Assembly (NCBI RefSeq): GCF_008033135.1
Contig: NZ_CP041335.1
Coordinates: forward strand, 1,367,925-1,431,924
Length of the DNA: 64,000 bases
Source of the DNA: Chitinolyticbacter meiyuanensis
GTDB lineage: Bacteria; Pseudomonadota; Gammaproteobacteria; Burkholderiales; Chitinibacteraceae
Reading direction: 5' to 3'
The notes below the pieces were generated by a model. That model did not search any database, was not told the origin of the DNA, and saw nothing but the letters and a program-made list of their open reading frames with translations. Made by a program: the position numbers and the translations under genes. Of the stretch, positions 13,706 to 23,617 are shown piece by piece; position 1 is the first letter of the stretch; each line of letters begins with the position of its first letter.

Positions 13706-16304
13706 GGTCTTCCTGCGGTTGCGGAGCAGTCAACGGCAGCAGCACGGTGAAGCGGGCGCCACCGCCTGGCGCGTCGTCCAGGGCCAGCTTGCCGCCCAGT
13801 ACGCCATATATCAGGTTGTAGACGATATAGAGGCCGAGGCCGCTACCGCCCTGGCCGAGCCGGGTGGTGAAGAACGGGTCGAACACCCGCCGGCGCAGTG
13901 TTTCCGGAATGCCGCAGCCGTTGTCCTGATAAACCAACTGCACCGTGCGTTCGTCGGCCAACGCTGCACTGATGCGGATATGGCCGGGCCTCTCGGCCGA
14001 GAGGCCGTGCGCCAGCGAGTTGGTCACGAGGTTGGTCAGCACCTGTTCCAGCGGGCCGGGATAGCTCTCCAGCTGCACGCCGGGTGGCAGCGCCACGTCG
14101 ACCTGGTGCGGGGTGTGCTTGAACTGCGGGCGCAGCGTGGACATCACTTCGTCGACAGTCTGCTTGAGGTCGAACACCCGGCGGCGCGTACTGGCGGTAT
14201 CGACCGCCACCTGCTTGAAGTTGCTGATCAGCTCGCTGGCGCGCTGTGCACTTTTCTCGATCAGCAGTGCCGCCTCGGTGCTGGTCTCGATAAAGGCTTC
14301 CAGTTCCGAGCGCTTGAGCCGGTTTTCGTGCAGCAGCGTGCGGAACTCGGCGACCTTTTGCTTGAGCGTGGACGAGACAGTGACCGTATTGCCGAGCGGC
14401 GTGTTCAGCTCGTGGGCGATGCCGGCGACCAAATTGCCGAGCGAGGCGAGCTTTTCGGATTGCACCAGCTGGGCCATTGCCTGCTTGAGCTCGATATTGG
14501 CCGCCGACAGCTCGCCGGTGCGTTCTTGCACCAGGTCTTCCAGCCGGTCGCGCGTCTGGCGCAGCTCGTCTTCGTACTGCTTGCGCACGGTGATGTCGAC
14601 ATCCATGCAGACATAGGTCGGCGCGCCATTGGGCCGGGTGATCTGGAACTGCGTCGACAGCGTCCAGGCGGTGCTGCCGTCGCGCCGCGTCACCGGCCAT
14701 TCGGTCGGCTCAGTGGCCTCGCCGGTGTTGGCGATATGGTGCAGCACGCCGAGGAAGTTGTGATGGTCCACTTCGCTGAACATGAACTCCGAGGCCAGCC
14801 GGCCGACTGCCTCGTGCTCATGCCAACCGAACAGCTTCTCACTGGCGCGATTCCAGAACAGCACACGGCCTTCGGCATCGTAGCCCTGGATTGCCACGTT
14901 GGGAGTGTTGTCGACGATGGCGCGCAGCGTGGCGCTGGCCTCGGCCTGGGCGGCCTCGGCGGCCTTCTTTTCGCCGATGTCGAGCAGCACGCCGTCGATC
15001 ACCCGCTCGGTCCCCAGATGGATGCTGCGGCCCCGCTCGTATACCCAGCGTACCTCACCGTCGGGCGGCAACAACCGGTACTCGATCTCGTAGGTTTCCT
15101 CGCTGACGAGGGCATGGCGGATCTCATGCGCCACCAGCTGGCGATCAGCTGGATGGATCAGGTCGGCGAAGGTGAGGTCACGATTGTGGATCAGCGCATC
15201 GGGCGGCAGGCCGGTCAGCGAGGTGATGGCGGGGCTCAGGTAGAGCATGGTCCATTGTGCGTCCGCCCGGCAACGGAACACGGCGCCGGGCAATTGGTCG
15301 ACCAGCGTGCGGTAATGCCATTCGCTTTCCTCGAGCTGGCCGCGTGCCAGCTCCAGTGCCAGCTCACGGCGTTGGCTGCGCGCGTAGAGCTCGAGCAGCA
15401 CCAGCGTGCCCACGCCCAGCAGCAGGATGGTCAGCAGCCCGCCCCAGCGCACTGCATTGGCAAGCCAGTGGCCGTAGTCCTCGCCACCGAGCCCGCCGGC
15501 CGTGACGTCGCCCAGCCAGCGCCAGCGACTGTTGCTGCGCATGGTTTCCTGGTTGATGGTGAACAGCGTGCCCGGCGCCGCCCGTGCCTCACCGATCACG
15601 AACACGGGTGTGCGGCTGTCGCTGGCGACGGCCAGCCGCAGCTGCAGCCCAAAGCGGGGCAGGGCGGCAGCCAGGTCGTCGAAATCCACCCGGGTGAACA
15701 CCAGCGCGCGCCGGCCCTGGCGCGCCAGTGGGTAGGCGTAATAGGCCCAGGTCTCGCCACCGGCGGCCTGGACCACAGGGCCGAGCAGCACCTGCACGTT
15801 GCCGACCTGCGCTTGCGGCAGCAACCCGGTCAGCGCGGCATCGCGCGTGAGGTCCGCGCCGATCGGCGCATTGATGCCACGGGCGTTGTAGCGCAGCCGC
15901 AGCACCCCATGGGCATCCTCCTCGGCGTAGGCCAGGCCCACGGCACGGCCGCCTTCGGCTGCGGCCTGCAATACCGTGGCCGCGCGCGCGTATTCCTGTG
16001 CGGAAACGTCGTCGGAGGCGAGAAACAGTGCCGCCACGCCGCGCAGCGCCTGCTGGCGGACATCCAGCCAATGGTTGACCAAGGTGATGTTGCGCTGCAG
16101 ATCCTGCTCGGCACGAATGCGCAGGCTGTCACGGGCGTGATGCTCGAGCCGGCTTGCCAGCATGAAATCCAGCGCGATCACGCTCAGCGCCAAGGCGATG
16201 ACGGCAAGGCGCAGCAGGTGGTGGAGGCGGGGGCGCATCGGCATGACGGGCGAATCGCTCGGCGGGTTCCTACCTTGATAAGCCATTGGCCGTTCCCGCG
16301 CCAC
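13689..16304 (-). CDS. sensor histidine kinase with periplasmic CHASE-like domain and two PAS domains
   Basis: N-terminal TM, sensor domain and TM, then PAS repeats, HisKA ('IAHELNTPL') and HATPase ('GLGLYIV'). Overlaps the downstream response-regulator start by 17 bp. Exact start uncertain. Confidence 0.8.
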   Translation of the reverse strand: MARERPMAYQGRNPPSDSPVMPMRPRLHHLLRLAVIALALSVIALDFMLASRLEHHARDSLRIRAEQDLQRNITLVNHWLDVRQQALRGVAALFLASDDVSAQEYARAATVLQAAAEGGRAVGLAYAEEDAHGVLRLRYNARGINAPIGADLTRDAALTGLLPQAQVGNVQVLLGPVVQAAGGETWAYYAYPLARQGRRALVFTRVDFDDLAAALPRFGLQLRLAVASDSRTPVFVIGEARAAPGTLFTINQETMRSNSRWRWLGDVTAGGLGGEDYGHWLANAVRWGGLLTILLLGVGTLVLLELYARSQRRELALELARGQLEESEWHYRTLVDQLPGAVFRCRADAQWTMLYLSPAITSLTGLPPDALIHNRDLTFADLIHPADRQLVAHEIRHALVSEETYEIEYRLLPPDGEVRWVYERGRSIHLGTERVIDGVLLDIGEKKAAEAAQAEASATLRAIVDNTPNVAIQGYDAEGRVLFWNRASEKLFGWHEHEAVGRLASEFMFSEVDHHNFLGVLHHIANTGEATEPTEWPVTRRDGSTAWTLSTQFQITRPNGAPTYVCMDVDITVRKQYEDELRQTRDRLEDLVQERTGELSAANIELKQAMAQLVQSEKLASLGNLVAGIAHELNTPLGNTVTVSSTLKQKVAEFRTLLHENRLKRSELEAFIETSTEAALLIEKSAQRASELISNFKQVAVDTASTRRRVFDLKQTVDEVMSTLRPQFKHTPHQVDVALPPGVQLESYPGPLEQVLTNLVTNSLAHGLSAERPGHIRISAALADERTVQLVYQDNGCGIPETLRRRVFDPFFTTRLGQGGSGLGLYIVYNLIYGVLGGKLALDDAPGGGARFTVLLPLTAPQPQEDHEPSS

Positions 16305-16319
16305 GCGGCAACGGTAGGC

Positions 16320-17234
16320 TTATGGATTTTGCTGCTGTGGCGGGGTCGAGCGCTTGGTGAGTTCTGCCTCGAGCAGCAGCAGGTCGCGCCAGGCGCGGGC
16401 CTTGTCAGGCAGGTTGCGCAGCAGATAGGCCGGGTGATAGCCGACCACCACCGGGATGCCGTCGACTTCATGCACCTTGCCACGCAACGCGCCGACCGGT
16501 GCCTCGGTCTGCAGCAGCGTCTGGATGGCGAAGCGGCCGACGGCGAAGATCAACCGGGGCTGGACCAGCGCGATCTGGCGGGCAAGGAACGGCGCGCATT
16601 GCAGCACCTCCTCGGCCTGCGGGTTGCGGTTGCCCGGTGGGCGGCATTTGAGCACGTTGGCGATGAACACGCGTTCGCCGCGCTTCTCGCCGATGGCGGC
16701 GAGCATGTTGTCGAGCAGCTTGCCGGCGGCGCCGACAAAGGGCTCACCCAGGCGATCCTCCTCGGCACCCGGCGCTTCGCCCACCACCAAGAGCTCGGCC
16801 TGCGGGTTGCCGACGCCGAACACGGTCTGCGTACGGGTCTGGCACAGGCCACAGGCGGTACAGCTGGAGACTTCAGCCTGCAAGGCCTGCCAATCGAGCT
16901 GCGCAATGCGCATGGCGCGCTCGCCTTCTCCGACCGACAGCTTGGCATGCTGCACCGGTGCACCAGCCCGCTGTGCAGCCGACGGCACAGGTGTGGTCGC
17001 GGCGACAGGGGCAGGCACGGGCATGCGTGGCGCTGTCGGGGCTTCCGCCACCAATGCGGCACGCGCCTGCGCGGCACTAGTGGTCGCAGCCACAACGGGC
17101 GGGGAGGAGGTGGCGGATGTCGCGGCCTGCGGGGGGGGCGGAGCAGCTTCGACCGGGGCTGTCGAGATCAGCCTGGGGCGCACCCACAACGGCGTGAGCC
17201 CGAGTTCGGCGAGCACCAGGTCGCGGCGGCTCAT
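16320..17234 (-). CDS. uracil-DNA glycosylase family 4 with a ~130-aa Ala/Pro/Thr-rich N-terminal extension
   Basis: Fe-S cysteines 'CTACGLCQ', '[27 protein letters not shown]' and 'HPAYLLR' family-4 motifs. Start taken at 'MSRRDLV', which overlaps the rimI stop by 4 bp. Confidence 0.8.
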   Translation of the reverse strand: MSRRDLVLAELGLTPLWVRPRLISTAPVEAAPPPPQAATSATSSPPVVAATTSAAQARAALVAEAPTAPRMPVPAPVAATTPVPSAAQRAGAPVQHAKLSVGEGERAMRIAQLDWQALQAEVSSCTACGLCQTRTQTVFGVGNPQAELLVVGEAPGAEEDRLGEPFVGAAGKLLDNMLAAIGEKRGERVFIANVLKCRPPGNRNPQAEEVLQCAPFLARQIALVQPRLIFAVGRFAIQTLLQTEAPVGALRGKVHEVDGIPVVVGYHPAYLLRNLPDKARAWRDLLLLEAELTKRSTPPQQQNP

Positions 17235-17698
17235 GCGAAGTGGCCTGCCAGCGTGAAGGCGTAGAGCCGCGCATCCTCGCGACCGCCACCCGGCTGCGGA
17301 TAGTAGTTGCGGCGCACGCCGGTCTCGCAACCACCGGCCGCCTCGTACAGCGCCTGCGCACGACCGTTGCCGGCGCGTACTTCAAGGAACAGGCTGGCGG
17401 TGCCGGCCTGTGACAGCTGCCGGAATATCTCGCCCAGCAGCGCCTTGCCGAGGCCTTGGCCCTGGCGGGCCGGATCGACGGCAATGGCAAGCAGCTCGGC
17501 TTCGTCCAGCACCCGGCTGGCGACGGCGAAGCCGATCAACTGCTCGCCATCGAACAGGCCCAGGCAGAGGTGCTGCGCCAGCGAATCACGCCAATTATCC
17601 GGATGCCACGAGTGGCTGTTGGTCGCCGCGTCGAGCAGCAGCAGTGCCGGCAGATCGCCGGCCCCGAGCACGCGGTAGTCCAACACCGGGCTGCTCAT
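17231..17698 (-). CDS. rimI: ribosomal-protein-alanine N-acetyltransferase
   Basis: GNAT fold with '[11 protein letters not shown]' acetyl-CoA motif. Classic tsaB-rimI linkage. Confidence 0.85.
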   Translation of the reverse strand: MSSPVLDYRVLGAGDLPALLLLDAATNSHSWHPDNWRDSLAQHLCLGLFDGEQLIGFAVASRVLDEAELLAIAVDPARQGQGLGKALLGEIFRQLSQAGTASLFLEVRAGNGRAQALYEAAGGCETGVRRNYYPQPGGGREDARLYAFTLAGHFA

Positions 17699-18375
17699 GC
17701 CTTGGCGCGCTCGTGCGTTTTCAGCGCGACCTTGTCGCGCAGATAGGTGAGCGGTGCATCCTCTGGCGCCAGCGCTTCGCCGCGGGCAAACACCGGCAAG
17801 GCCAGTGCCAGCAGATGGCGGGCGTGCGGGAATGGTTCGGGCCGCACGCCAGCGAGCGTATCGCCCAGCCGGGCGGCCAATGCGTCGCCATAGGCGCCGA
17901 AGCCGCTGCCCACACCGATCCAGTCCTGGCTGTCGGGCACGGCTACCGTATCGGGGTCGCAGACGACCGGGGCGATCGCTTCGCGCCAGCCTTCGCCGTC
18001 ACGCTGGTAGGCGGCGGCGTAGACCTGGTTCATCCGTGCATCGAGACAGGTGTAGACACGTTCGGCACCACAGCCTTCGGCCAGTGCCAGCAAGGTGGAT
18101 ACGCCGACCAGCTTGATGCCGAGGCCAAAGGCCAGTCCCTGGGCGATGCCGCAACCGATGCGCAGCCCGGTGAAGGAGCCCGGGCCCATGCCGTAGACGA
18201 TGCCTTCGAGATCGGCGCGGCCGATGCCGCCATCGGCGAGCAACGCTTCGATCTCCGGCAGCGTGCGTTCTGCGTGCTTCTGCCCAACCAGCCAATCGCG
18301 CGCTAGCACGCCGGCGGGCGTCGTCACGGCCAGCGAGAGGTGTTCGGTAGTGGTGTCGAGCGCAAGATAGGGCAT
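17695..18375 (-). CDS. tsaB: tRNA threonylcarbamoyladenosine biosynthesis protein TsaB
   Basis: 'MPYLALDTTTEHLSLAV' and 'GPGSFTGLRIG' motifs. Start taken at the internal M of the track ORF. Confidence 0.85.
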   Translation of the reverse strand: MPYLALDTTTEHLSLAVTTPAGVLARDWLVGQKHAERTLPEIEALLADGGIGRADLEGIVYGMGPGSFTGLRIGCGIAQGLAFGLGIKLVGVSTLLALAEGCGAERVYTCLDARMNQVYAAAYQRDGEGWREAIAPVVCDPDTVAVPDSQDWIGVGSGFGAYGDALAARLGDTLAGVRPEPFPHARHLLALALPVFARGEALAPEDAPLTYLRDKVALKTHERAKA

Positions 18376-18493
18376 GGAACGCGGGGCGGTGAAAACTCGC
18401 GCCGATTCTATCACGCGAGCTGGTTGGCGCCCCGGTGTTGCGGCAAGCGCGCGCCGTGTAGGGCACGAATCGACCCTGCCTCAAGTGCGAGCT

Positions 18494-20299
18494 ATGATGG
18501 GTCGCATGCTGCGCCTTGTGCCCATCCTGTTGCTGCTGAGCCTGTCGTTGTCGCCCGCTGCCCGGGCGGCACACGCTTTTGCGCTGGGTTATGCGCCCAA
18601 ATACCCCTCGGGATTCGCCCATTTCGACTATGTGAACCCGGATGCGCCCAAGGGCGGCGCCTTGACGTTACCCAACCCGGACCGACGCACCAGTTTCGAC
18701 AGCTTCAACCCCTTCCTGCTGAAGGGCACGTCGGCGGCGGGCCTGGGCAATCTGATGTTCGAAACCTTGCTGATCGGCAGCGACGATGAGCCTGCCACCA
18801 GCTATGGTCTGCTGGCCGAGGATGTCGACGTGGCGCCGGATGGGCTATCCGTCACCTTCAGGCTGCATGCCAAGGCGCGCTTCAACGACGGCAGCCCGGT
18901 GACAGCGGCCGACGTGAAGTACAGCTTCGATATCCTGAACAGTAAGCTGGTCTCGCCGCAGTTTCCGGCGCAATTGGTGGATGTGAAGAGCGCCCAGATA
19001 CTCAATGCGCGCGCCATCCGCTATGTATTCCGCCGCAAGAACCCCGAGTTGCCTATCGTGCTGGGCGGTTTGCCGGTGTTTTCCAAACGCTGGGGCGGGG
19101 GCAAGCTGTTTGACAAGATCGCGCTGGACAAGCCGATCACCAGCGGCCCGTATTTGATCGAGCAGTACCAGAATGGGCGCCAGCTCACCTATCGGCGCAA
19201 CCCGGACTACTGGGGCAAGGATTTGCCGACCCGCCGCGGTATGTTCAATTTCGACCGCATCACCTACCGCTATTACAAGGATGAGGTGGCGCGGCTGGAG
19301 GCGTTCAAGGCCGGTGAATTCGACTTCATCGTCGAATACAGCGCCAAGAACTGGGTGCGTCAGTACATCGGCGGCAAGTTCGCCACCGGCGAGCTCGTCA
19401 AGCGCGCCTTCCGCCACCACAACACGGCCGGCATGCAGGGCTTCATCCTCAATACCCGCAAGCCGCAGTTCGCCGATCTGCGGGTGCGACGAGCATTGGC
19501 GCTGGCACTCGACTTCGAGTGGATGAACCGGCAGTTCTTCTACAACCAGTACACCCGGCTCGACAGCTTCTGGTCCAACGGCGAGCTGGCTGCGCGTGGC
19601 CTGCCGGATACGGACGAACTCAAGCTGCTCAATCCGCTCAGGCGCAAGCTTGATCCGGCTGTGTTCGGCCCGGCACCGCAGCCGGCCACAACCACGCCGC
19701 CGGACAGCCTGCGCGACAACCTGCGCCAGGCCCGTGCGCTGTTTGCCGAAGCGGGCTGGACCTACCGCGACGGCGCCTTGCGCAATCAAAAGGGTCAGCC
19801 ATTCGAATTCGAGTTCCTCGACGATTCCGGCCCCATGCTGCGGGTGTTCCTCGCCTACGCGCGCAATCTGGAGAAGCTCGGCATCCAGGCACGGCCGCGC
19901 CAAGTGGACTACGCGCTGTACCAGCGCCGCATGGACAGCTTTGATTTCGATATGACCACGCTGCGCTTCCCCGACAGCCAGAGTCCGGGCAACGAGCTGT
20001 ACGACTATTACGGCAGCAAGGCGGCGACGACCAAGGGCAGCGGCAACTTCACCGGTGTGCGCGATCCGGCGGTGGATACGCTGATCGACGACGTGATTGC
20101 AAGCGAGACCCGGGCGCAGCGCATCACCGCCGTGCATGCGCTCGACCGGGTGTTGCGCCACGGCGCCTACGTGATCCCGCAGTGGTTCAGCGCCGAGCAC
20201 CGGGTTGCCTATACCCGGCGTATGTCGCCGCCAGCGCAATTGCCGCTGTATTACTCGCCCGAATCATGGATGGTGGCGACATGGTGGCTGCAGCGATGA
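18494..20299 (+). CDS. yejA: ABC transporter substrate-binding protein, YejA-like (family 5, peptide/microcin C type)
   Basis: Signal peptide 'MMGRMLRLVPILLLLSLSLSPAARA' and a ~600-aa SBP5 body. Followed by yejB and yejE homologs. Confidence 0.8.
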   Translation: MMGRMLRLVPILLLLSLSLSPAARAAHAFALGYAPKYPSGFAHFDYVNPDAPKGGALTLPNPDRRTSFDSFNPFLLKGTSAAGLGNLMFETLLIGSDDEPATSYGLLAEDVDVAPDGLSVTFRLHAKARFNDGSPVTAADVKYSFDILNSKLVSPQFPAQLVDVKSAQILNARAIRYVFRRKNPELPIVLGGLPVFSKRWGGGKLFDKIALDKPITSGPYLIEQYQNGRQLTYRRNPDYWGKDLPTRRGMFNFDRITYRYYKDEVARLEAFKAGEFDFIVEYSAKNWVRQYIGGKFATGELVKRAFRHHNTAGMQGFILNTRKPQFADLRVRRALALALDFEWMNRQFFYNQYTRLDSFWSNGELAARGLPDTDELKLLNPLRRKLDPAVFGPAPQPATTTPPDSLRDNLRQARALFAEAGWTYRDGALRNQKGQPFEFEFLDDSGPMLRVFLAYARNLEKLGIQARPRQVDYALYQRRMDSFDFDMTTLRFPDSQSPGNELYDYYGSKAATTKGSGNFTGVRDPAVDTLIDDVIASETRAQRITAVHALDRVLRHGAYVIPQWFSAEHRVAYTRRMSPPAQLPLYYSPESWMVATWWLQR

Positions 20300-20336
20300 A
20301 GCCGCGGCGCATCCACCGGCAAGGTAGGGACTGACC

Positions 20337-21398
20337 ATGTTCCACTACATCCTCAAGCGCCTGGCGCTGATGATTCCCACGCTGTTCGGCGTGATGCTGA
20401 TGTCGTTCGCCGTGGTGCAGTTCGTGCCCGGCGGGCCGGTAGAGCAACTGGTGTACGAGATGAAGGCCCACGGCGCAGGCGGCGGCGAAGCGTCGGGCGG
20501 TGGCCGTTCCAGCAGTCTCTACCAAGGCCAGCGTGGGCTGGACGAGGAGCAATTGGCTGAGATCCGCAAGATGTACGGCTTCGACAAACCGGCGATCGAG
20601 CGCTTCTGGGAGCTGGTCAAGCGCTGTGCCACCTTCGACCTGGGCGAAAGCTACTACCACCACGAAAGCGTATGGTCGCTGATGGTCTCTAAGCTGCCGG
20701 TGTCGGTCTCGCTCGGGTTGTGGACCTTCTTCCTCACTTATCTGATCTCGGTGCCGCTCGGCGTGGCCAAGGCAATGCGCAATGGCAGCCGCTTCGATTT
20801 CGTCACCACGGTGATGTTGATGGTGGGCTATGCGATTCCCGGCTTCGTCCTGGGCGTGGTGCTGCTGGTGCTGTTCGGCGGCGGCAGCTTCTGGCAGCTG
20901 TTTCCCTTGCGCGGCCTCACCTCAGACGACTGGGAGCAGCTCTCCTTCCTGGGCAAGGTCACCGACTACCTGTGGCACCTGGTGCTGCCCGTCACTGCCA
21001 TGGTGCTGGGCAGCTTCGCCACGGTGGCCATGCTGACCAAGAACAGCATGCTGGAAGAGATCCGCAAGCAATACGTGCTCACCGCTCGGGCCAAGGGGCT
21101 GGGCGAGCGGCAGATCCTGTACCGGCACGTGTTCCGCAACGCAGTGATTCCCATCGTCACCGGCTTCCCGGCCGCCTTCATCGGCGCCTTCTTCACTGGC
21201 AGCCTGCTGATCGAGACGCTGTTCTCGCTCGATGGTCTGGGCCTGTTGTCGTACGAATCGGTGGTGCGGCGCGATTACCCGGTAGTACTCGGCTCGCTCT
21301 ATCTGTTCGCGCTGCTGGGGCTGTTTACCCGGCTGGTGTCCGACCTGTGCTACGTGCTGGTCGATCCGCGCCTGCGCTTCGAGGGGGCTGGCCGATGA
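20337..21398 (+). CDS. yejB: ABC transporter permease YejB-like
   Basis: 'MFHYILKRLALMIPTLFGVMLMSFAVVQFVPGGPVEQ' N-terminus typical of YejB/OppB-type permeases. Confidence 0.85.
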   Translation: MFHYILKRLALMIPTLFGVMLMSFAVVQFVPGGPVEQLVYEMKAHGAGGGEASGGGRSSSLYQGQRGLDEEQLAEIRKMYGFDKPAIERFWELVKRCATFDLGESYYHHESVWSLMVSKLPVSVSLGLWTFFLTYLISVPLGVAKAMRNGSRFDFVTTVMLMVGYAIPGFVLGVVLLVLFGGGSFWQLFPLRGLTSDDWEQLSFLGKVTDYLWHLVLPVTAMVLGSFATVAMLTKNSMLEEIRKQYVLTARAKGLGERQILYRHVFRNAVIPIVTGFPAAFIGAFFTGSLLIETLFSLDGLGLLSYESVVRRDYPVVLGSLYLFALLGLFTRLVSDLCYVLVDPRLRFEGAGR

Positions 21399-22423
21399 GC
21401 AGCAATCCGCAAGGGCCGTGGCGGCGTGCCTGGGCGCGCTTCAAGCGCCAGCGGCTGGGTTACTACAGCCTGATCGTGTTCCTGGTGATGCTGGTGCTGA
21501 GCGGCGTGGCCGAACTGATTTCCAGCGACAAGCCCATCGTGGTGCGCTATCAGGGTCAGCTTTACTTCCCGCTGATCCATGATTATCCGGAAACCACGTT
21601 CGGTGGTGATTTCCCGACCCCGGCCGATTACCACGACCCTTACGTGCTGACGCGCATTACACAGGGAGGCAACTGGGCGTTGTTCACGCCCAACCGCTAT
21701 GGTCCGAACACGCTCAACTACTTTGCCAGCCAGCCCAATCCGGCGCCGCCCTCGCGTGAGAACTGGCTGGGTACCGACGAGAAAGGGCGCGATGTGCTGG
21801 CGCGGTTGATCTACGGCTTTAGAGTGTCGGCGCTGTTTGGCCTCGCGCTGACCTTCGTCGGCACGCTGCTCGGTATCTTCTTCGGCGCGCTGCAGGGCTA
21901 TTTCGCCGGCAAGGTCGATCTCGTCGGCCAGCGCCTGATTGAGGTGTGGGGCGCGTTGCCCGAGCTGTACCTGTTGCTGATCATCGTGTCGATGTTCGAG
22001 CCCAGCGTGTGGATCCTGTTCGTAGTGCTGTCGGTGTTTGGCTGGATGGGCTTATCCGACTATGTGCGCGCCGAGTTCCTGCGCAATCGCAACCTGGAAT
22101 ACGTGACTGCTGCACGCGCGATGGGTCTGTCGGACTGGCAGATCATCCACCGCCATCTCTTGCCCAATTCGCTGACCTCGGTGATCGCCTTCCTGCCATT
22201 CCGCAAGTCGGCCGCCGTGCTGGCGCTGACCGCGTTCGATTTCCTCGGCCTTGGCGTGCCGCCATCGACAGCGTCGCTCGGAGAACTGCTGGCGCAGGGC
22301 AAGGCCAACCTCGATGCGTGGTGGATCTCGCTGTCGACCTTTGCCGTGCTGGTGACCTTGCTGATGCTGCTGGTCTTCATCGGCGAAGCCGCCCGCGCGG
22401 CGCTGGACCCGCGCGCCGATTGA
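21395..22423 (+). CDS. yejE: ABC transporter permease YejE-like
   Basis: Start 'MSSNPQGPWRRAWARFKRQRLGYYSLIVF' overlaps the yejB stop as ATGA. OppC-type EAA loop present. Confidence 0.85.
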   Translation: MSSNPQGPWRRAWARFKRQRLGYYSLIVFLVMLVLSGVAELISSDKPIVVRYQGQLYFPLIHDYPETTFGGDFPTPADYHDPYVLTRITQGGNWALFTPNRYGPNTLNYFASQPNPAPPSRENWLGTDEKGRDVLARLIYGFRVSALFGLALTFVGTLLGIFFGALQGYFAGKVDLVGQRLIEVWGALPELYLLLIIVSMFEPSVWILFVVLSVFGWMGLSDYVRAEFLRNRNLEYVTAARAMGLSDWQIIHRHLLPNSLTSVIAFLPFRKSAAVLALTAFDFLGLGVPPSTASLGELLAQGKANLDAWWISLSTFAVLVTLLMLLVFIGEAARAALDPRAD

Positions 22424-22426
22424 ACG

Positions 22427-23188
22427 CTACTGCAGCTGGTGGCGTGCCTTGAACGCCTGCTCCATCCGCTGCAGATCGCCACTGGCTTTCAACGCGGCCA
22501 TGCCGGCATCGAAGCGGGTGCGTAGTCGTTCGGCTTCCGGATGTTTGAGCGAGAAGCCGAGAAAGAAGCGGGCACGGTTGACCTGGCCCACGCGCTTGAT
22601 CTTGCCGCGAAAGGCCGGCTCCTGCCGGATCAGGAGCTGCGCTGGCGTGGCGTTGAGCAACGCGTAATCGACCCGGCCGCTCAGCAGCTTGCGCAACTGC
22701 GCCTCGTCGCTGGGCGAGTTGTCCTTGAGGATGCCGGCATCGTTCATGATCACCGATGGGTAGGTGTAGCCATTGGTCAGCGCCACGGTCTTGCCGACGA
22801 GATCGCTGCTGCCAAGGTTCTGCCCGCGGCTGTCTGCCCGCGCATAGATGGCGAGATCTTCCTCGATCAGCGGCGTGCGGGGCCAGAGGAAGCGGTCGCG
22901 GTTATAGCCGGTGATCTCGATGTTGAAGCAGGCCACGCTGGCGCCCTGTTCCACCTCGCGCAGGCAGCGGGCAAAGGGCACCACGTTGTAGTGCACGGTG
23001 ATGCCTTGGCTGGCGAACGCTGCGCGCACGAGCTCGGTGGCGTAGCCCTGCGCCTGGTTGCGCGCGCCGCGCCAGGAAAAAGGCTTCCAGTCGTCCTCGG
23101 CATTGATGGTGATGGTTTCGGCACTGGCGAGCACACTGGTCAGCAACAGCGCGCCGCAGGCGATCCATCTCGTCAGGCCGTCCACCAT
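22427..23188 (-). CDS. periplasmic solute-binding protein, family 3 (amino-acid ABC type)
   Basis: Signal peptide 'MVDGLTRWIACGALLLTSVLASA' and an SBP_bac_3-like body. Convergent with yejE at a 3-bp gap. Confidence 0.65.
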   Translation of the reverse strand: MVDGLTRWIACGALLLTSVLASAETITINAEDDWKPFSWRGARNQAQGYATELVRAAFASQGITVHYNVVPFARCLREVEQGASVACFNIEITGYNRDRFLWPRTPLIEEDLAIYARADSRGQNLGSSDLVGKTVALTNGYTYPSVIMNDAGILKDNSPSDEAQLRKLLSGRVDYALLNATPAQLLIRQEPAFRGKIKRVGQVNRARFFLGFSLKHPEAERLRTRFDAGMAALKASGDLQRMEQAFKARHQLQ

Positions 23189-23290
23189 CGTGCTCCCTCG
23201 CGTCGCCACCGGAGAGGTCCGGTACTGGTACAACCTTACAACATATGGCCACGAGGTCGAAACCGGACAGCCCGGCGGCGCGCCGGCCGT

Positions 23291-23617
23291 TTAGAGGAAG
23301 AACGGCACGAAAATCATCACCAGGCAGGCGATCCAGGCGTAGCCCAACCCGCGTGTGAAATGGCACCAGTAGCGGTGTCGCGCACTCGGCAGCTCGGCGA
23401 TGTAGGCCGAGCGCAGCAGCGGTGGCATCACCGTGATCGCGCGAAATTCCTGGCCGATGTTGCTGTCCATGGCGCCGAGGATGTTGTCGACCAGTTGTGG
23501 GTAGTGGCGTTGGAACACGTCGTAAAGCCGCACGCATAGATATAGGTAAGCGATCGAACCCAGCAGTGTGCCGAGGATGCAATAGCCGACCACGTATTCG
23601 ACTAGGAACTCACGCAT
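23291..23617 (-). CDS. small hypothetical membrane protein (108 aa)
   Basis: Two predicted TM segments and high GC3 codon bias. Overlaps the upstream ORF by 8 bp. Confidence 0.4.
   Translation of the reverse strand: MREFLVEYVVGYCILGTLLGSIAYLYLCVRLYDVFQRHYPQLVDNILGAMDSNIGQEFRAITVMPPLLRSAYIAELPSARHRYWCHFTRGLGYAWIACLVMIFVPFFL

Noticed and set aside
13704-17264. 1186-aa plus-strand ORF
   Set aside because: Runs antisense through the histidine kinase and the UDG gene. A GC-rich artefact with no motifs.
20720-21394. N-terminal 225 aa of the 567-aa ORF 20720..22423
   Set aside because: Alternative frame inside yejB. The genuine yejE starts at 21395, at 'MSSNPQGPW'.
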